The position numbers were made by a program, and so were the translations under genes. From the human T2T-CHM13v2.0 reference genome, Homo sapiens, in assembly GCF_009914755.1 (NCBI RefSeq), contig NC_060932.1: a stretch of 64,000 bases of DNA; one strand, 5' to 3'. Of this stretch, positions 56,200 to 64,000 are shown one piece after another. Under the pieces are notes generated by a model. That model ran no database searches and had not been told where the DNA came from. It saw nothing but the letters and a program-made list of their open reading frames with translations. Every line of letters begins with the position of its first letter. The stretch's first letter is position 1.

Positions 56200-58592
56200 T
56201 CCATAGGTCAAAAGTATGCTTATTCTCACCACCCCTACCCAACACAGTTCTGAAAGTCCCAGTCAGAGCAATCAGGCAAGAGAAAGAAATAAAAGGAATC
56301 CAAGTAGGAAAAGAAGTCAACTTACCTCTCTTTGCCAATAATATGATCATACACCTACAAAACACCAAGAACTCTGCCAAAATGTACCTAGACCTGATAA
56401 ATGACTTCAGTAAAGTCTCAGGATACAAAATCAATGTACAAAAATCTGTAGCATTCCTATACACCAATAACGTTCAAGCTGAGAGCCAAATCAAGAATGA
56501 AATAACATTTACAATAGCCACAAAACAAATAAAATACCTAGAAATAATCTAACTAAGGGGGTGAAAGATCTCTACAAGGAGAACTACAAAATAGTGCTGA
56601 AATAAGTCACAGATGACACAAACAAATGGAAAAATATTCCATGCTCATAGATTGGAAGGGTCAATATTGTTAAAATGGTCATATTGCCAAAAGCAATCTA
56701 CAAATTGAACACTATTCCCATAAAAGTACCAATGTCATTTTTCACAGAATTAGAAAAAATATTCTAAAATTCATACGAAACCAAAAATGAGCATGAATAG
56801 CTAAAGCAATCCTAAGCAAAAAACAACAAAGCCAGAGTCATCACATTACCCGACTTCAAACTCTCCTATAAGGCTACGGTAACCAAAACAGCATGGTACT
56901 GGTACAAAAACAGACACATAGACCAATGGAGCAGAATAGAAAACCCAGAAATAAAGCTGTACTTCTACAACCAAAGTCGACAATAATAATCAATGGGAAA
57001 ATAATTCTCTAATCAATAATTGGTGCTGGGATAAGTGGCTAGCCATTTGAACAAGAATAAAATTGGTCTCCTGCCTTTGACCATATATAAGAATTCACTC
57101 AAGATGGATTAAAGATTTAAACGTAAGACGTCAAACTATAAAAATCCTAAAAGAAAATGTAGGAAATACCATTCTGGACATCGGCCTTAGCAAATAATCT
57201 ATGACTAAGTCCTCAAAAGCAGTTGCAACAGAAACAAAAATTGACAAGTAAGACGTAATTAAACTAAAGAGCTTCTGCACAGAAAACAGACAATAAACAA
57301 ACAAACAATCAACAGAGTACACAGACAACCTAAAGAATGGGAAAAAATATTCACAAACCGTGCATTCAGCAAAGATCTAACACTCATAATCTATAAGGAA
57401 ATTAAATAATGCAACAAATAAATAACCAATAACTCCACCAAAACATGGGCAAATAACATGAACAGGCATTTCTCAAAATATTTAAAAAATGCTCAACACC
57501 ACTAGTCATCAGGGAAATGCAAATCCAAACTATAATGATATACCATCTCACATTAGTCAGAATGGTTATTATTAAAAAGTTAAAAAATAACAGATATCGA
57601 TGAGGCTGTTGAGAAAATGGAACACCTATATACAGTTGGTGGGAATGTAAATTAGGTCAGCCACTATGGAAAACAGTTTGGAGATTTTCCAAAGAACTTA
57701 AAAATACCTAGATAGGCACAGTGGCTCATTCCTGTAATTTCAACACTTTGGGAGGCCAAGGCAGGAGGATTGCTTGAGCCTAGGAATTTGAGACTAGCCT
57801 GGGCAACATGATGAGACTCTGTCTCTACAAAAAAAAATCTAAAAAACTGGACTCAGCATCTTTTGTAGTGACTGTGTCTCTACAAAATATTTAAAATGAC
57901 CACGACTGTGGTCTCAGCTACTCAAGAGGCTGAAGTGGGAAAATGACTTGAGCCAAGGAGGTCGAGGCTACAGTGGTCAGTATTCACAACACTGCACTCG
58001 AGCCTGAGTGACAGAGTGAGACCCTATATTAAAAAAAAAAAAACCAACCAATAAACACAACTACCATTTGACCCAGGAATCCCATTACTGGGTATATACC
58101 CAAAGGAAAATAAATTGTTCTACCAAAGAGACACATGCATTCATGTTCATCACAGTACTATTCACAACAGCAAAGATGTGGAATAACTTAGGTGGTCATC
58201 AATGGTGGACCAAATAAAGAAAATGTATTACTTACACATCATGTAATAATATGCAGCCATAAAAAGAAGGAAATCATGTCCTTTGAAGCAACATAGATGC
58301 AACTGTAGGCCGTTATCCTAAGCAATTTAATGTAGGAGGAGAAAACCAAATACCACATGTTCTCACTTGTAAATTGGACCTGAGCAGTGGGTACACATGG
58401 ACAGAAGGATGGGAACAAAGAGGAAGAGAAGCCAGAGCTGAAAAACTACCTATTGGGTATTATGTTTAGTACCTGGCTGACAGGGTTATTTGTACCCCAA
58501 GCCTCAGTGTCAAACTTAATATACTCATGTAACAAATCTGCACATGTAGTCCCAAATCTAAAATAAGAGTTGAAATTATAAAAATAAGTAAG

Positions 58593-58631
<39 letters not shown>

Positions 58632-58632
58632 A
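56200..58632 (+). mobile_element. 5'-truncated L1 (L1PA15/16-like): decayed ORF2 C-terminal half, 3' UTR and (TAAA)n tail
   Basis: ORF2 RT-region peptide [26 protein letters not shown] (ORF 56343..56552) with many stops. The 3' UTR reads aaaactacctattgggta...aatctaaaataagagttgaaattat. Confidence 0.92.
57712..58043 (+). mobile_element. AluJ inserted in L1, with a rearranged middle linker
   Basis: Left monomer, atypical ~70-bp middle, then right monomer and A tail. Confidence 0.88.
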
Positions 58633-58699
58633 TCAAAGCATAATCAATGCCTAAGTCAGGGAAATTTACAGTGAAAGATTTTCCTAGCATTTTTTTTTC

Positions 58700-58790
58700 A
58701 ACGTGCTCATTTTACAGATGAGGAAACTGAGACCCAAAGACATCAAGTGACTTGCTCAGTTTCACAGAGCTTCACATAGCTCTTAGATTA
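58700..58790 (-). mobile_element. MIR core
   Basis: ctcattttacagatgaggaaactgagaccca. Confidence 0.8.
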
Positions 58791-61195
58791 CACAGCATGT
58801 TGCCTCAGTGGGAAAACTGTCTCATGGCAATTCCTCAATCAACTGTAGATGATGCAAGCTGGGATTTAAAAAAAAAGGAAGGCATAAATTTTATAGTTAT
58901 TTTTTGTCTCATATTTTTGAAAATGCTGCTGGAAGTTCAGCTGATTAAAAAATTAACACAGCAAAATTTTTTATTTATCAATGGTCTAGTTTTATTCATA
59001 TAAACCACACTAGCCCTATACTCTGACCACCTGAGTTCTACACTGGAATTATTTGGAAGTACATCCAGACAACACATAATTTCCTCAGTAAATGTAAAAC
59101 AAAATTTGGAAGCCGGAAAAAAAATGTGGAAAAGGATTATGTTTGAAATATTATAGAAGAAAAATGAGCAGTAGAGAACTGAAAGAAAATATCTAATTAT
59201 ATGCTTTATAAGTAGGTAAGAACTATGAATGTGGACCTTATTTTTCAAACAGGAAATCCACAGAAAATTATAGCAGAAATCAGCAAAAATGAAGGGAGAT
59301 AACTTGGTAAGTTTTAGAATTTAGCAAATAGGTGTGAAGGGCAATCACCAGACAGAGGAAACTTAGTAGCAGCAGTTTGTGGAACTCAGGTTTCATTAAT
59401 TAACTGCAATAAGCACTGAGTAGAAATAAATAGTTCTATGAAATACTATTAAGAAAACATAAATGTGCTTTCTGAAGAGAGGGGAAGCTTATTATCTAAA
59501 GAAAATAAATGGAAAAAATACCTGTTTAGTAGTACAAAATATACTTAAAATCATATTTCTAAAATGTCATATTTCTTAAAATTAACCAACAAGAAAACAA
59601 AATATTGAAAAGCTATAACTATTACATTTCTTGTTGATACTTACAAAAATGTTATGGTTTAGGGTGGGTCAGATATAATTATCTCTTTTTTATAGATGAG
59701 ATGTCAGAAAGAATAAATAACTTACATGAGATTACACATAAGGTCTATAATTAATACTGAAAGCTAGATTATATAGCTATAAATTTTGTCCTTTTACTGC
59801 AGGGTACATGTTTTAGGTTTGAACAAACATGTCTAGACACAAACCCTCATGAAATATGATTACAAACTCAAACATGATGCAAAGAAACCCAAAAGAGCTA
59901 TTAAAGATAAATACAAACATTAACTTATCAGTCAAATATGAATTATAAAATGGATGTGTTCCTGAGAAATTATAGGCCAAATTAAAATTCAAATATAAAT
60001 CTCTTTTACAAAACTGATTTATATGTCATGAGATAATATTATGTGACATTCATTAATGTTTTCTCCCTCTACCCACAGAACCTTGGACTTTGCATCCTTC
60101 TTCGGATAGGATTCTAATTCTAGTGCCCCTACCTCATTTTAGAAGTAACAGAAGAGAAGACACAGTCAAATTCAAGCTTCAAAGGGGAGGTGTGGGCATT
60201 AATATTGAAAATAATTGGACACATGCTTGGCTAGTCAGATGGAGTTTTTCCTCTGCCCTATTTATTTTGTACCACCAACACCCTAGATAGAAGTTTCCCT
60301 GCATGGGGAATGGAGTGAAGAGAATTCACAGGCGAGTGAGAGAACTGGATTGTTCAGAAATAGTAAGCCTGTACAATTTTATCAAGAATTTACAGTCTAA
60401 ACTGAATTCTTAAAAGGTATAATGCTACTAGAATCCTACAGCATGCTCTGTGACCCATATTTCCTGCAGAATGATATTTCAGTTAATTCTACGGAGAAAT
60501 GTCTTTTAAAGCTCTTATATGAAATGATACAGTTCTCATATCACAAATTTAAATGTTCAAGAAATGTAATTTCTCATCTTATCCAGAGTTTTATCTAAAT
60601 GTCTAAAATGTAGAGAATGCCAGGCCAGAGTAAAGTTGAGGAATTTAGGAGCAGGGAATAGGTGAAGAGGAACTGGGAAGAGGCTAAAATGAAGCATTTA
60701 GGCCTCCTCATTCCTTTCTAATCTCAAAGTGTCAGTCCAGAGTTTGTGGCTCCATACTCCTTATCTTGGCTGTAAGATAACTCCTGGACTAGCTTCTCCC
60801 AGCTGCATATGAATGTCTAAATGCTTAGGACTGTGTCAAGATTGATGCTTACCCACATTTTTTCCAAGAATGGAGGAGTGATCAACTAAGCAAACATTTG
60901 GTTAATGATTAAGCTAATACCTTGGTAAATAAATATGGTAAATAAGTATCTGGAAGAAACATAGAAAATGTCCTCCTCACCCAGGATAAAGGATTACTTA
61001 ATTCATTGATTAATTCAATTGTTTGCATTTTCAGTAAATACATATTGAGATTTGTTTTAATGTGCAAAAAATTGTCAAGCTCTTTTATTTTTTCAATAAT
61101 AAAAAAATACAACCTTTGATCACAAAGAGATGACATATTAGCGCAGTATTTTCATTGAGCTGCAACTTTGTAAAGACAGTCCCCTTCAAATACGT

Positions 61196-61245
61196 ACACA
61201 CACACACACTCACACCCACACACACACAGAGAAACAGAGATAGAG
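61196..61245. repeat. (CA)n followed by a GA-rich tract
   Basis: Directly visible. Confidence 0.85.
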
Positions 61246-62336
61246 AAAATATCCATATTGGCTTATTAAAGACACTTAGCATCCTTAGAGAAAATAAGCC
61301 TAAAATATTTTTTAAACCCCATGTTTCCAAATTTTGCTGGACTTTATGTCCCTGTCCTCTCACCCAGATATGTTAGTTTACCCTCCCAAAGTCTTGGGTA
61401 AAGTTGGTTTAGTGAATTCTAAATAAAGAAATGTCTCTAGAGTAGATAAGAACATTTCTTCCAGCTGTAGTAGTTTGAAATAAACTTTTCATTAGTACAT
61501 CACACTACTTCCTGGTATCCTTAAATGTCAATAAGCTTGTGACTATAATTTTTAAAGTAATTATATGCTTTTGTCCAAGGAGTAGTTATTTCCACCAACA
61601 TGAAGCGTTCTAGGCAAAAGGCCAAGACTGCCAAGCTTGCCAGATATTCTCTCACAAAAAGAGTTGGAAATTGGTATTGTGATTTATAAATCAGTCCCTT
61701 TGGGTTTGATGAGTGGAAAACAATGTGAACCTGTCTCCTGAAGTGTGAATACTTTCTGAGGTAGCTGACAACACTGAATTTCTGAAACTGCAAAGCTGGT
61801 GATTGGACACTGAATTCATATCTCAAGTCTAGACATCAGGAAGGGCTTTGACAGCAGTTCTCAAGGTCTTTGTAATATCACTTGCTCCTTTCTACTCATG
61901 TGCCTGCTGCCATCATTAGAGACCATGAATTACACTAGAATATTGACATACACACATACTCAGGCACATACACAGATCTCACTCATCCCTACTATCTTCT
62001 ACAAACAATGAATGCTTCCTCCCTTCTCCACTGCCTAAATTAATCCCCTCATTGTTTCTCATCCATACCTCTGAAACAACCACTCTCTCCCTGCCACAAA
62101 TAATATTAACTAAAATGTCCAACGGGTTTTGTTAATCCCCTGCAAAATAGCTTAATTAGTTACTATGGTACAGGAGATACATTTCAACCTCCTTCTCATC
62201 CTTCGATTTTCAGCATACTGCAGTTTTCACTCATCTCCCTAATCTAAATTTGATCCTCCTGTTATCCTTTCTCATTATACTTTGGGTTTTTTTTCCTCAC
62301 CCTTCATGCTCACTAGCCAAATTTGTGCTCATAATT

Positions 62337-62371
62337 GTGTGTGTGTTGTGTGTGTGTGTGGGGGGGGGGGG
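62337..62371. repeat. (TG)n followed by a G run
   Basis: Directly visible. Confidence 0.9.
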
Positions 62372-62734
62372 TTTATTCAATTATGTTTACAAGGTAATTC
62401 TCAAAATATTTAATCAGTATGACGTGGGTACAGAAGAGTCAAAAGTGTTGCTAGGCTGGGGAAGGGCCAGCGGCCAGAGAATTATGGAGCAATTTTAGAG
62501 ATTGGAAAAGTGGCTATTTGTCAGTACATGTAAATGTTTCAAAATTCTAACAACTGAAAATTGTTGTGCCCTTAAGTACCAGGTGAATATTATCCCTGGG
62601 TTATCTGACTACTCAATTAGACAATATACTAACAAGAACAATTAAGCATTTCTGTTTCATTGGGCATTAGGTAGCCTCAGCCTAGCAAATAATTCTCTGA
62701 AGCAAAGTGAGAACACAATAAGCATTTGTTGAAT

Positions 62735-63270
62735 TGATTTAACATGGCATACCAGGCACTTCATAATCTGGTCTCTGCCTTCTTTACCAGTTTCAAGCAT
62801 ATTAGTTCCTGACTAGTACTTTGCTCTTCAACTAGAGATAAAAATATATAGTCCCTTTCAGAAAACATATGCCATATCTCTACATCTTTCCTTGTGTTGT
62901 TCTTTTTGGCTGGAATGTCCTTCTCCAGCTAACAATTACACATTCATTAAGACTTAGGTCATGTGCCATCTCATCAGATCAATGTTTCTGTCACGGTTAT
63001 CCCCATTTCTCAAATCAGCCACCAGCCTGCCTTAGCTGTTCCTCCTCTGTTTACCCATAGCATGCTTACAAACGGTAGTTTCCCACATCGTAGTTTATAG
63101 CAGTTTCCACATTCTTCCTGAATAAACTGTTTAATTTTCTAATTCCTTTTCCTGTGATCTCCTAGAGGGCAGGAACCATTGTTTACATAACCTGAACATT
63201 CAGATTCTAGCTCAAGGCTGGATGTATACACACAGTGTAAATAAATAATTGAGCAAATTAGTGAATAATT
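62735..63270 (+). mobile_element. L2 3' region (decayed)
   Basis: ggctggaatgtccttctcc...gtgatctcctagagggcaggaaccattgt...aataaataattgagcaaattagtgaat. Confidence 0.55.
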
Positions 63271-64000
63271 GCCACTTACAAGCAATATAATATAGATCTT
63301 TACCCACAATGAGGTTAGAATTATTTATAGCACATTTCTACAAATTTAGAGATAGTAAGGAGAAGCAAAGGGGTTAAGTAAAAGAGAAAGCAGCATGAAG
63401 TTTCCATACCCCTACACTAAGAACAGCAAACATACTAGATTGAAAGTCAAATTCAATCTACAGCTGAGTTTTATTTAGTCCATACTGTGTTTTAAATGTT
63501 ATAGAATTAAACTACCTTCAAGAAGGCATGGATTTTTTAGTTCACCACTGCACCCACCATCCCATATGATCTCTGTCCAGATATTGATTTCATTTATGTT
63601 ATCTACCATTGAATGAAAGATTTTAATTTGAATTTTAATGGGCAAACTCTGTTACAATAAAATAAATATTATAGAAGATTGAAAAACATTTGTTATATAA
63701 AATATTGCTAAAATAAGCAGTATAATAGATGAAACTTTGATAGTTAGTCTGGTATTTTAGTATAAACCACAGCTTCAGTGAATTTGGAAAATATTCCAGT
63801 TAAATCTCTGTTCGAGTTTCTGCTTCTCAGCAAAAGCCGCTAGGTTGAAATGTTAAGGGTTTATAAAGTTATAAGAGAATACTATTCAAATCCCTCTAAC
63901 TCAGAGACTGGAATCACAGATTTTTAGTGTGTGATGTGCACCATATGTTTGTATACCAAGCACAAAATAAGCACTATCAATCTTCTAACCTATTTGAAAT

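Noticed and set aside
56343-57330. Reverse-transcriptase-like peptide
   Set aside because: Decayed L1 ORF2 with stops and frameshifts, 5'-truncated and Alu-interrupted, so inactive.

Overview
AT-rich, CpG-poor primate (human-like) genomic DNA from inside the giant neuronal gene CSMD3, transcribed on the minus strand. Only three coding exons lie in the window: 12032-11919, 11413-11318 and 9728-9525. All are phase 1-1, and together they encode the C-terminal part of a CUB domain plus a complete Sushi/CCP domain. The rest is intron (>52 kb upstream, >9.5 kb downstream) filled with interspersed repeats: about 15 Alus, three two-LTR MaLR proviruses (one MLT1A-type, two oppositely oriented THE1D-type), solo LTRs, L1/L2/MIR fragments, DNA transposon relics and TA-rich microsatellites. 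Nearly all ORFs in the supplied track are spurious. Four signals stand out. (1) A 45-bp inverted repeat not recognisable as a known element, about 1.5 kb upstream of the exon cluster, would place a UAG adenosine opposite C in the pre-mRNA (ideal ADAR geometry). (2) A 505-nt intron has a perfect U12-type donor (GTATCCTTT) but a degenerate U12 branch point. (3) That intron ends in a triple GAG-TAG-GAG acceptor. (4) The 414-nt exon trio is stop-free and frame-symmetric, making it a circRNA candidate. No clear evidence for a wholly new biological system was found. Repeat subfamily names are from memory of consensus sequences, and repeat boundaries are approximate unless a TSD is quoted.
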